A stretch of 27,826 bases of DNA. Source: Holophagae bacterium (GTDB lineage: Bacteria; Acidobacteriota; Holophagae; Acanthopleuribacterales; Acanthopleuribacteraceae). The notes under the pieces were generated by a model. That model saw only the letters and a program-made list of their open reading frames with translations, ran no database searches and had not been told where the DNA came from. The DNA lies in the NCBI GenBank assembly GCA_050294955.1, contig JBNKOV010000005.1, positions 1-27,826 of the forward strand, in the 5' to 3' direction. Shown piece after piece: positions 17,124 to 26,644 of the stretch. The translations under genes were made by a program, and so were the position numbers. How positions within the stretch are numbered: position 1 is the first letter of the stretch; each line of letters starts with the position of its first letter.

Positions 17124-17735
17124 TTAACTCTCCCAATCCTGAAATGCTTCCACAATATAAAGGTCTTTTTCGTTATCTTTCTCTATAACAAGTGCTTGTG
17201 CCCCCTGGTTTAGGCTATCCCCAGCACGGGTTCGAACGAGCAGCGTTAAGGGCGCTCCTCCGGTCTTCACTTCGGCCTGAGCGATACGGTCTTCCGTGGC
17301 GTCTCCTAGAAGGATGCATAAACTGCCGATGGCCGCAATCTGATCCTCCTCGTAATGGAGGGCCCGAAACAACGAGGAGAAGGGTTTCACCGCAATTTTG
17401 GTTATAAAAATGCTGATGACAATGTTGGGGACCGCCAGGCCCGAGGCTATTAGCAGAGACGAGGTGTTGCTCAGATAATAGTTGCTGAGAATGGCGATGG
17501 CCCACATGGACAGACTCATAAGACTGACAATCAACATGAAGGGCACTTCTCCGGCGCTGAGAAACACCAGAAATCCGTGAAAAGCTCCGGGGTCACCGTC
17601 CATATCGAAATCAAAATCGAAGGTGGACAAGTCCAATGCGCCAATGATGACGCATAGCCAATAGATGAGCACGATGATGAGCAACACGGTGAATGGCAAA
17701 TTTATAGCGCTAAACGCGGCATCCAGTAATAACAT
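17124..17735 (-). CDS. YqiJ/NfeD-like membrane protein (N-terminal transmembrane helices, C-terminal OB-fold-like beta domain), the usual flotillin partner
   Basis: 203 aa. The hydrophobic N-terminus (LPFTVLLIIVLIYWLCVIIGAL) is followed by an acidic DFDFDMDGDP segment. The C-terminal G..G.A.V....G.....VEA pattern resembles the NfeD beta-barrel. Gene order matches E. coli yqiJ-yqiK. GAGGTGA Shine-Dalgarno. Confidence 0.6.
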   Translation of the reverse strand: MLLLDAAFSAINLPFTVLLIIVLIYWLCVIIGALDLSTFDFDFDMDGDPGAFHGFLVFLSAGEVPFMLIVSLMSLSMWAIAILSNYYLSNTSSLLIASGLAVPNIVISIFITKIAVKPFSSLFRALHYEEDQIAAIGSLCILLGDATEDRIAQAEVKTGGAPLTLLVRTRAGDSLNQGAQALVIEKDNEKDLYIVEAFQDWES

Positions 17736-17832
17736 GGCGTCACCTCAAAACAGGCCTCTCAAGTCTATTGCAGGCCCAGTATCCCATTAAACGCAATATT
17801 TGATGTTTTAAGCTCATCAAGAACGCAAAATT

Positions 17833-17862
17833 AGCGTGATCTACTATACCAGAAACCCGCAG
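17833..17862 (-). promoter_or_regulatory. Candidate sigma70 promoter for the nfeD-flotillin operon: -35 CTGACA, 18-nt spacer, -10 TATAGT on the minus strand
   Basis: Reverse complement of 17857-17862 is CTGACA and of 17833-17838 is TATAGT. It lies about 90 nt upstream of the NfeD-like ATG. Pattern only. Confidence 0.3.
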
Positions 17863-18022
17863 AACCTGTCAGCAGAATAGAAGAGTTCTTGGTTCGGGCC
17901 TTGAGTCCTTAAACCATGCGCCAAATGCATGGGCTATATGTTGGCCCTTGTTTGGGAGGCTCTGTCCAAGGATCTTGTCAGTTTCAGCCGCAGCAGTAGC
18001 AATGATCGGGTAGTCAACATCG

Positions 18023-18493
18023 TCAATCCACCTCGCGGGCTTCTACTTCGATGATTCTGTCGTCTGAAACAGGATCGTGGGGCGGTTGCGGACCTCGGCT
18101 TTGGTGGGTGAAGGCGGTTTGCACCTTGACGTTTTTTTTGAACCAGGCAATGACAACTCTGGCTGCGCTTTTCCTGAGGGGCGGGATGAGGAGAAGGAAG
18201 GCGATGGTGTCTGTGATGAAGCCCGGCGTAAGGAGCAGGGTTCCGATGACCACAAGGATCAACCCTGATACGATTTCCAGGGCGGGAACCTGGCCGCGAG
18301 CCATGGTGTTTTGAATGTCCCGCCAGGCCTTCAAGCCCTGGGCTCTCACCATGCCGCCGCCCAAAATGCCTGTGGCCACGCATAGCAGTAGGGTTGTGAA
18401 TACGGTAATTTCCTGAGCTGCAAGAATGAGCAGGTACAATTCTCCAAAACTCAAAATAACCACTAACAGAAAAAATCGGGCAATCAATCCCAT
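18023..18493 (-). CDS. fxsA: FxsA family inner-membrane protein (F-plasmid-mediated exclusion of phage T7 suppressor)
   Basis: LLLTPGFITDTIAFLLLIPPLRK matches the conserved FxsA core (LLLPGFFTD...LLLPPVRK). 156 aa with three hydrophobic segments. It starts 12 nt after the rel stop. Confidence 0.75.
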   Translation of the reverse strand: MGLIARFFLLVVILSFGELYLLILAAQEITVFTTLLLCVATGILGGGMVRAQGLKAWRDIQNTMARGQVPALEIVSGLILVVIGTLLLTPGFITDTIAFLLLIPPLRKSAARVVIAWFKKNVKVQTAFTHQSRGPQPPHDPVSDDRIIEVEAREVD

Positions 18494-18505
18494 GATCCAA
18501 CTCGC

Positions 18506-20737
18506 TTATTGAAAACGCTCGCAGCTTAAAACACCCTTAACTCGTTTCATATTTTGGATTACCTTGGTGAGGTGGTCCAGAGTATGAATTTGCAGGGTAA
18601 TGTCGAAAATGCCCACGCCCTTGTCCTCGTTCACTTGCGCGTTGAGGTTCTGAACCGTGGTCTTGGTGTCGGTAAATACCTGGGAAATATCGGCGATCAT
18701 GCCTGCCCGATCTTCGGTGAACACTTTCAGTTTCACCATGAACACGGAGGTTTCCGCGCCCACGTCCCAGGTTACTTCTACTTTACGAGCCGGATTCACA
18801 TTTTGTTCTGCAAAGGAGCGGCACCCCTTTTTGTGTACCGATATGCCGTGGCCCAAGGTGATGTAGCCAACAATCTGGTCGCCGGAAATGGGGTTGCAGC
18901 ATTTTGCAAGTCGCACCAGAATATCGTTGTGGCCCTTGACCTGCAACATGTTCTTGGATTTTTTTGTTACCTTCTCAATGGCTCGGTTGCGGCGTTCTTC
19001 GAGAGCTTCCTGGCGATTGGCTTCCGCCTCTGGATCTTCAGGTAGGAAGGGCTTTACGGCGTTCTTGGTTGTAATGCTTCCAAATCCAATGGCTGCGTAG
19101 AAATCCTCGATCTTTCTTTTCTCAAAGACGGGCAGTCTGGCGACGATATCGGTGTTCTTGACAGATTTCACGGGGATCTTATTTTTTTTGAGGGCTTTCT
19201 CAAATTTGTTACGGCCGACCTCGACCGCTTTGTCTCGTTCTTCCTTGCGGAGCCAGGCCCGGACTTTGGTTCGAGCTGAAGGCGTCTGAACCCATTGCAG
19301 CCACTCTTCATTGGGGCGCTGCGAGTTCTTGGTGATAATTTCAACAATGCTGCCGCTTTGCAACTCGCTGCGCAGTGAAACCATCTTTCCATCTACCTTG
19401 GCGCCAACGGCTTTGTGACCTACTTCCGTGTGGATAAGGTAGGCAAAATCCAAAGGCGTGGCCCCGGCGGGCAAGGTCTTGATCTCGCTATTGGGAGTGA
19501 ACACCAGAATTTCACGAGCGCCTAGATGGCCCTTGATGCCTTCCAGGAATTCGTCCGTATCCTCCACGTCTTTTTGATCCTCGGCCATCTTCTTCAGCCA
19601 GGATTCAAATTCATTTTTACCCACGTTCATCAGACGACCATCTTTATAGGACCAATGGGCCGCAACACCTTCTTCCGCAATTCGATGCATCATGCGTGTG
19701 CGGACCTGAACCTCAAAAGACTGACCATCGGGGCTCATCAGCGTGGTGTGGATGGACTGATACAAATTGGCCTTGGGCGTTGCGATAAAGTCTTTAATTC
19801 GACCGGGAATATGCTGCCATTTGCTGTGGAGCAGGCCGAAGGTCTTATAGCAATCTTCAACGGACTCTGTAATGATGCGAAAGGCGTAATAATCGTAGAG
19901 AGCGTCCAGGCTGCAACCCTTGCGCTTCATCTTCCGGTAAATGGAGAATTTGCTCTTTACTCTGCTGGACACCTCGGCCTTGATATGGTTTTCGTCCAAC
20001 AGTTTGCCCACGACCTTCTTTACGCCGTTCAGAAACTTGCCCTGTCTCTTTTCTCGCTCCGCCAACTCCTGGCTGAGTTCCTTGTAAGCCTCTGGCTCTA
20101 AATAGAAAAAACACCAACGTTCCAGCTCGGCTTTTAAATGAGACATGCCGATGCGGTGGGCCAGGGGGCAATAGATGTCCAAAGTCTCCTGGCTGATCCT
20201 GCGTCGTTTCTCGTCGCGAAGCGACGCTAGGGTGTTCATGTTGTGGCAACGATCCGCCAGCTTCACGATAAGCACCCGAATATCGTTGGACATGGCCATG
20301 ATCATCTTGCGGTAATTCTCCGCTTGAGCCTGTTCCTTGTCGCGAAACTTCACCTTGCCAATTTTGGTGACGCCGTCTACGATGCAGCCCACATTTTTAC
20401 CGAACTTCTCTTCAAGATCGGAGACTTCAACATTGCAGTCCTCCACCACGTCGTGAAGGAACCCGGAAGCCACCGTTTCAATATCCAGCTTGCTCTCGGC
20501 CAGAATAAAGGCCACAAAAATGGGGTGAATGATATAGGGCTCTCCCGTTTTACGGGTCTGGCCTTCATGGGCTTTATGGGCGAACTCATAAGCCTCTCGG
20601 AGATATTCTTTATCCGCATGGGGGTGGTGACGCAGAAGGGCCGCTTCTACATCATCGTAGGTTTTGTTTCGGTCTTTCCCCACCCATCGGGCCAGGGGTT
20701 TGACAACTGCTGAGACGGTATCATTTACCAGACCCAT
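18506..20737 (-). CDS. rel: Bifunctional (p)ppGpp synthetase/hydrolase RelA/SpoT family (HD hydrolase, synthetase, TGS and ACT domains)
   Basis: HD domain (HHPHADKEY...LHDVVED), synthetase motifs (RIKDF..., AHWSYK), TGS and a C-terminal ACT domain. The ORF track starts at a TTG (20752) that lies inside the secF terminator. The ATG at 20735-20737 with an AGGGGGA Shine-Dalgarno is more plausible. Confidence 0.9.
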   Translation of the reverse strand: MGLVNDTVSAVVKPLARWVGKDRNKTYDDVEAALLRHHPHADKEYLREAYEFAHKAHEGQTRKTGEPYIIHPIFVAFILAESKLDIETVASGFLHDVVEDCNVEVSDLEEKFGKNVGCIVDGVTKIGKVKFRDKEQAQAENYRKMIMAMSNDIRVLIVKLADRCHNMNTLASLRDEKRRRISQETLDIYCPLAHRIGMSHLKAELERWCFFYLEPEAYKELSQELAEREKRQGKFLNGVKKVVGKLLDENHIKAEVSSRVKSKFSIYRKMKRKGCSLDALYDYYAFRIITESVEDCYKTFGLLHSKWQHIPGRIKDFIATPKANLYQSIHTTLMSPDGQSFEVQVRTRMMHRIAEEGVAAHWSYKDGRLMNVGKNEFESWLKKMAEDQKDVEDTDEFLEGIKGHLGAREILVFTPNSEIKTLPAGATPLDFAYLIHTEVGHKAVGAKVDGKMVSLRSELQSGSIVEIITKNSQRPNEEWLQWVQTPSARTKVRAWLRKEERDKAVEVGRNKFEKALKKNKIPVKSVKNTDIVARLPVFEKRKIEDFYAAIGFGSITTKNAVKPFLPEDPEAEANRQEALEERRNRAIEKVTKKSKNMLQVKGHNDILVRLAKCCNPISGDQIVGYITLGHGISVHKKGCRSFAEQNVNPARKVEVTWDVGAETSVFMVKLKVFTEDRAGMIADISQVFTDTKTTVQNLNAQVNEDKGVGIFDITLQIHTLDHLTKVIQNMKRVKGVLSCERFQ

Positions 20738-20750
20738 TTTATCCCCCTGC

Positions 20751-20785
20751 AAACCAAAAAAGGGAGCTCAATTCAATGAGCTCCC
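20751..20785 (-). terminator. Rho-independent terminator of the tgt-yajC-secDF operon
   Basis: Minus-strand RNA: GGGAGCUCA-UUGAAU-UGAGCUCCC (perfect 9-bp stem) followed by UUUUUUGGUUU. It lies about 45 nt after the secF stop. Confidence 0.75.
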
Positions 20786-20830
20786 CTCTAGTTTATGCTT
20801 TGACCCCGATTGGGATCAAGTTAAAAGGCG

Positions 20831-22306
20831 TCAGGCCTTGCTTCTGCTTTTGTCCTCACCCTTGTTGGCCAGGGTCACTGTGCGATAAATACCGCCCAGG
20901 ATTTTGCCCAATTTTTGAAGAACCTTGCGCTCTGTCATGTACAGGAACACGGGGCTTGCAACAAAAATTGAGGAGTAGGTTCCCACGATAATGCCAATGA
21001 GAAGCGGGAATGCAAAGTCTTCCAATGTAGCGTTATTGGAACCCCAGTAGATGACCGCCACCACAAAGAACGTGGTAAGCGAGGTAACCAGGGTTCGGCT
21101 CAACGTCTGGTTGATGGAGGTGTTGGTGAGCTTCACCAGATCTGGGTTCTTCATATCGCTGCGGTTGTCCCGAATCCGGTCGAACACCACAATGGTGTCG
21201 TTCAGGGAGTAACCCACGATGGTGAGGAAGGCCGCAACCACAGGGTTGGACAATTCCACGCCCCAGAGGGTGCCTGCAACAGCGAAAACGCCAAGGGAAA
21301 TCACAACGTCGTGGGCAAGAGCCACAACCGAAGCCACGGCGTAGTTGCCGTCAAAACGGATGGCGACATAGATCAGGATGCAGAGCAGCGACATGAAGAT
21401 GGCGCTTTCCGCATTGCTCAACAATTCCGCTGCAATAGAAGGAGAGAAGGTCTCGTTGGAAACAATCCGGTAGGTGCTGAGCACGAAGTTGTCTTGGATA
21501 AAAGTCTTCAAAACGCCAGCGTCTTCGCCAGCCGCAACGGTTGAGCTGAAATCCAGAACGTCAAAGCTTTTGATGAAATCGTGATTGGCGCTTCGAGTTG
21601 CATCCATTTGGGCTGCAATATCTTTATAGCTTCCATTGTTGCCGCGTTTCAGCGGATCGTATTTGGCAAGCGCTGCGCCAAAAGCATCGGTGGTGATGTG
21701 GTTCAGGGCTGGGTAGATCACGTTGGTGATGGCCGTCTCCAGCTTGTCTGCATTGGCCTGATCGCTTGCCGCTGCAAGGTCTTTCAGAGTGGCTGCGGTG
21801 GCTGCATTGGACACCACGTTGCCTGCCAATGTGCGATAAGTCTGAGCAATAACCTCGTCCTTGTCCACCAGACCGTAGATATTTTCGGTTTGGAATTTGG
21901 ACGCCAGCACGCCGGGCTCAACCGCCTTCAGTTTGCTGATCAGTTCCGCGTCTCCGGATGTGATGCCGGCAAAGGCGGTTTCCAGGTTGCGGCGGCGAGT
22001 GAGAGACGCTTCGTTCTCGTTGCCAGCCTCAACATCGGGCTTTTTGATCTTCAGGGAGAAGCGGCTTACGCCTTCGGCCTGTTCTTCAACAATGGTGGCC
22101 TTGGGTTCGTACTTCTCAACCGCTTCACGAACGGTTTGAATGCTGAGATCGGGATCTTCGAAGGCCACGGTCATTTTGGTGCCGCCCTCGAAATCGACAT
22201 TGAACTTAATGCCGATTGTAGCTATGTAGGCAATTGAAAGTATCACCAGAACAATGGAGAGAAACCCACATACCTTGCGCTTTGCTAGAAAATCATAGTG
22301 TTTCAT
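20831..22306 (-). CDS. secF: Protein-export membrane protein SecF (unusually long, 491 aa)
   Basis: The N-terminus HYDF...VDFEGGT and the C-terminal transmembrane block (ALAHDVVISLGVF..., IVGYSLNDTIVVFDRIRDN) align with E. coli SecF. AGGAG Shine-Dalgarno. Follows secD after 12 nt. Confidence 0.9.
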   Translation of the reverse strand: MKHYDFLAKRKVCGFLSIVLVILSIAYIATIGIKFNVDFEGGTKMTVAFEDPDLSIQTVREAVEKYEPKATIVEEQAEGVSRFSLKIKKPDVEAGNENEASLTRRRNLETAFAGITSGDAELISKLKAVEPGVLASKFQTENIYGLVDKDEVIAQTYRTLAGNVVSNAATAATLKDLAAASDQANADKLETAITNVIYPALNHITTDAFGAALAKYDPLKRGNNGSYKDIAAQMDATRSANHDFIKSFDVLDFSSTVAAGEDAGVLKTFIQDNFVLSTYRIVSNETFSPSIAAELLSNAESAIFMSLLCILIYVAIRFDGNYAVASVVALAHDVVISLGVFAVAGTLWGVELSNPVVAAFLTIVGYSLNDTIVVFDRIRDNRSDMKNPDLVKLTNTSINQTLSRTLVTSLTTFFVVAVIYWGSNNATLEDFAFPLLIGIIVGTYSSIFVASPVFLYMTERKVLQKLGKILGGIYRTVTLANKGEDKSRSKA

Positions 22307-22318
22307 GTCTGGTTCTCC

Positions 22319-23956
22319 TTAGGAATTGCTGCCCTGCCAAACAGGCCAGATGGACAGTTTGGAGAGCGTTGTTTTTCTTTTGATGTATCCGAGGAAGAAG
22401 GTGTGCGAGCAGAAAACCGCTGTAAAGATGGAGGATACAATGCCAATCATCAACATGATGGCGAAACCTTTGATGGGGCCTTCACCCATGAGCAGCAGGA
22501 AGAATGCAGCCAGGAAAGTGGTGATGTTCGCGTCCATAATGGTAACAAACGCAGTGCGGTAACCTACTTCCACAGCATTCTTGGGGGCGGTTCCGGCCCG
22601 TAGTTCTTCTCGTATTCTCTCGAACACCAGCACGTTGGCGTCAACCGCCATGCCGATTGTTAAAATGAAGCCTGCAATGCCTGGCAGCGTGAGAACCGCG
22701 CCAATGCCTGCGAGCATGCCCAGGATGAAGATCAGGTTGAGAATCAGAGCCATCAGGGCGTAAACGCCAGCGCGACGGTAGTAGGCCAGGATAAAGATAA
22801 CAACCAGAAGCAGGCCGAATACGGATGCTTTAACGCCGGAAGAAATCGCATCGCGACCCAGCGTGGGTCCAATAACCCGTTCTTCAAGGATGCGAACTTC
22901 GGCGGGCAGGCTGCCAGACTTGATCTTTACCACCATGTCCTGAACTTCGTCTTGAGTGAAGGAGCCGGAGATGATGAAGCGGTTGGAAAGTCTGGAGCGA
23001 ATAGCGGGTGCGGAAATAATCTCGCCGTCCAACACAATGGCTAACTGGTTATTAACGTTCTGAGCTGATTGTGTTGCGAAGGTTTCGCCGCCTTCAGCGT
23101 CCAAAGTAATGCCCACAGCAGGCATGCCTTGTTCATCTGTAGAGGGGTATACGTCTGCAACGTTGGAAGCGGTCATCATCACGCCTTCCAGGAGCATGAA
23201 GCTCTTGGCGCCGGTGCGTTCGTCGGTATAAGGGAAAATCCGCTTGCCGGGAGGCACCTGACCACCCAGAGGCGCGAGCAACTGTTGTTCGGTTGAAGCA
23301 GCGCTGATAGGCTGGCGGGTTGCCGGGTTCTTGGCGTTCATGCGCCATTCCAGCTTGCCGGGCTCGGCAACAATACGGTGAACGCGGGTGACGTCGTCCG
23401 CGCCAGCCAGTTCAACCACGATGCGGTTGGAGCCGGTCATGCGGTTGATAACGGGCTCGGTTACGCCCAGCTCGTCTACACGACTTTGAATCTTGTAGAC
23501 GGTTTGTTCTACCGCGTTGTTCTCAACGTTGAGGCGGGCGTTTTCCTTCAGTTTCAACTCAACATTGGGACCCTTCTGGTTAATAGACCAGTTGCCTCTG
23601 TAGTATTTGCTTATCTCACCTTCGATGTCGCTGTGCTTGGAAGAGGTAACCCCTTCCAAAACCACCATTTTCTTCTGAAGGTTTGCGGTGGAGGTGGCAA
23701 TGGCGAAGCCTTCATTTTCCAGGCTGGCCTTAATGGTGCCAGCCTGTTCTTCCAGGAACTGGTTCACCGCGTCAACAATATCAACTTCAAGCTGCATGAA
23801 AATGCCGCCCTTGAGGTCCAGGCCCAGGTTGATATTGTCTTTAATATTTTCTTTGTAGTCTGCAAAGCCCCGGGACTCATCTCCCTCCGGCGGGTGGATG
23901 AGCATGTAAACGCTGAACAGCAGCGCCAGGGCTATGATGGCATATCGAAACCTCAT
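22319..23956 (-). CDS. secD: Protein-export membrane protein SecD
   Basis: Large periplasmic P1 domain plus an RND-like C-terminal transmembrane block (TLPGIAGFILTIGMAVDANVLVFERIRE). AGGAGAG Shine-Dalgarno. Confidence 0.9.
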   Translation of the reverse strand: MRFRYAIIALALLFSVYMLIHPPEGDESRGFADYKENIKDNINLGLDLKGGIFMQLEVDIVDAVNQFLEEQAGTIKASLENEGFAIATSTANLQKKMVVLEGVTSSKHSDIEGEISKYYRGNWSINQKGPNVELKLKENARLNVENNAVEQTVYKIQSRVDELGVTEPVINRMTGSNRIVVELAGADDVTRVHRIVAEPGKLEWRMNAKNPATRQPISAASTEQQLLAPLGGQVPPGKRIFPYTDERTGAKSFMLLEGVMMTASNVADVYPSTDEQGMPAVGITLDAEGGETFATQSAQNVNNQLAIVLDGEIISAPAIRSRLSNRFIISGSFTQDEVQDMVVKIKSGSLPAEVRILEERVIGPTLGRDAISSGVKASVFGLLLVVIFILAYYRRAGVYALMALILNLIFILGMLAGIGAVLTLPGIAGFILTIGMAVDANVLVFERIREELRAGTAPKNAVEVGYRTAFVTIMDANITTFLAAFFLLLMGEGPIKGFAIMLMIGIVSSIFTAVFCSHTFFLGYIKRKTTLSKLSIWPVWQGSNS

Positions 23957-24016
23957 GTTCTCTCTCCTAATTCATGGTGTATTTGGCGTTGCCGGTTCGT
24001 GGATGGGATGAGACGC

Positions 24017-25485
<1,469 letters not shown>

Positions 25486-25881
25486 CTAACTACTACCATA
25501 ACCTTTCAAAATTGCCGCCTCAGCGGCCGTCCGAAGCCGTTGGAACAGGGCCTTTTTGAAATAAAGGTCCGGTTCGTTCGGGGCCCTCAAACGAACGTGC
25601 GACTTCGGGACCGTCCTCAATGACGGTTCACAGAACTCCCGACTATACCACAGCAAAACGCAAGGTTGAAGCGTAAGTTTCTAAGTCGTTGCAATGGATA
25701 GCTTATTCTCATTTTTCACCGCTTGCATTCAGGTGCGGAATCGCATTAAATTTCAACCTTATTGCATTGAATGGGCAGGATTGGGCGTACCTTTGCCTTT
25801 TTTTCAGCATGGCCCATTTCGATTCTACGGGAAAAGTAAAAAGTTTTCTGGCTGACGGTTTGCCCTAGTCGCGCCCAAACG

Positions 25882-26370
25882 CTAGATGCACTTGAAGTGT
25901 TCGAAGGGCTGGGTGCAGGCGTGACACATATGCAGCGATTTACAGGCCGTAGAGCCAAAAGCGCTGCGCATAACGGTTTTGGTGGAGCCGCAAAAGGGGC
26001 AGGCCGTAGGCATGGCGGCAGGGTCGTTGTCCAAGGGGTTGGCGCAGGGCTTGCCCGGGGGCGAAATGCCGAAGTCGCGCATTTTGTCGCGGGCGTCTGG
26101 AGTGATCCATTCGGTGGTCCAAGCCGGGGCGAACACCGTGTCTACGTGAACTGGCGACAGCTCCCTGCGCTCCAATTCGCGTTTAATGTCGTCTTCGATG
26201 GTCTGCATCGCCGGACAGCCCGAGTAGGTGGGCGTAATGGCCACGTGCAGCCCGTCTTCCTGAAATTGGACATCCCTGACAATACCCATCTCCACCACGT
26301 TCAACACGGGGATTTCAGGGTCTTTCACCTCGGTGAGATAGTCCATGATCTGCGCTTTACTCTGTTGCAT
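25882..26370 (-). CDS. paaD: PaaD-family protein (MIP18/DUF59 Fe-S-assembly-like domain plus C-terminal zinc ribbon); stand-alone
   Basis: DPEIPVL, TPTYSGCPA, PAWTTEWITPDARDKMRDFGISPP and CPFCGS...FGSTACKSLHMCHACTQPFEHFKCI align almost motif-for-motif with E. coli PaaD. AAGGAGGG Shine-Dalgarno. No paaABCE genes in the window. Confidence 0.8.
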   Translation of the reverse strand: MQQSKAQIMDYLTEVKDPEIPVLNVVEMGIVRDVQFQEDGLHVAITPTYSGCPAMQTIEDDIKRELERRELSPVHVDTVFAPAWTTEWITPDARDKMRDFGISPPGKPCANPLDNDPAAMPTACPFCGSTKTVMRSAFGSTACKSLHMCHACTQPFEHFKCI

Positions 26371-26644
26371 GGCGCCCTCCTTTCCCTCGCCTCCATTTTA
26401 TTACAGGATTGGCTGGAGGTAAACGACAGGGGTCGTCTGTGCTTGATTTTTTGGGGTGGTCTGTTGCATATGACGCAATTTTTGGGAAATGGTTCTTGTT
26501 ATGGCTCGGTCTCTCGGGTTGCCTTTCATCGTAAGGGGATGATTTTTTTGCTGTTCAAATTCGGTTGGTCGGAACTGGCGCCCAAATTGCTTTATTTTGG
26601 ACTGTCTTGCGATGATGGCGGGTCAATTCCTTGAGAGGTTTTCC

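Noticed and set aside
17934-18500. 188-aa ORF (Arg/Pro/His-rich) overlapping fxsA in another frame
   Set aside because: It is a different frame of the same strand as the well-supported FxsA ORF. It has a TTG start, a low-complexity composition and no motifs, so it is spurious.
25897-26634. 245-aa plus-strand ORF antisense to paaD
   Set aside because: It is Gly/Arg-rich antisense of a confidently identified gene and runs through the paaD promoter region, so it is spurious.
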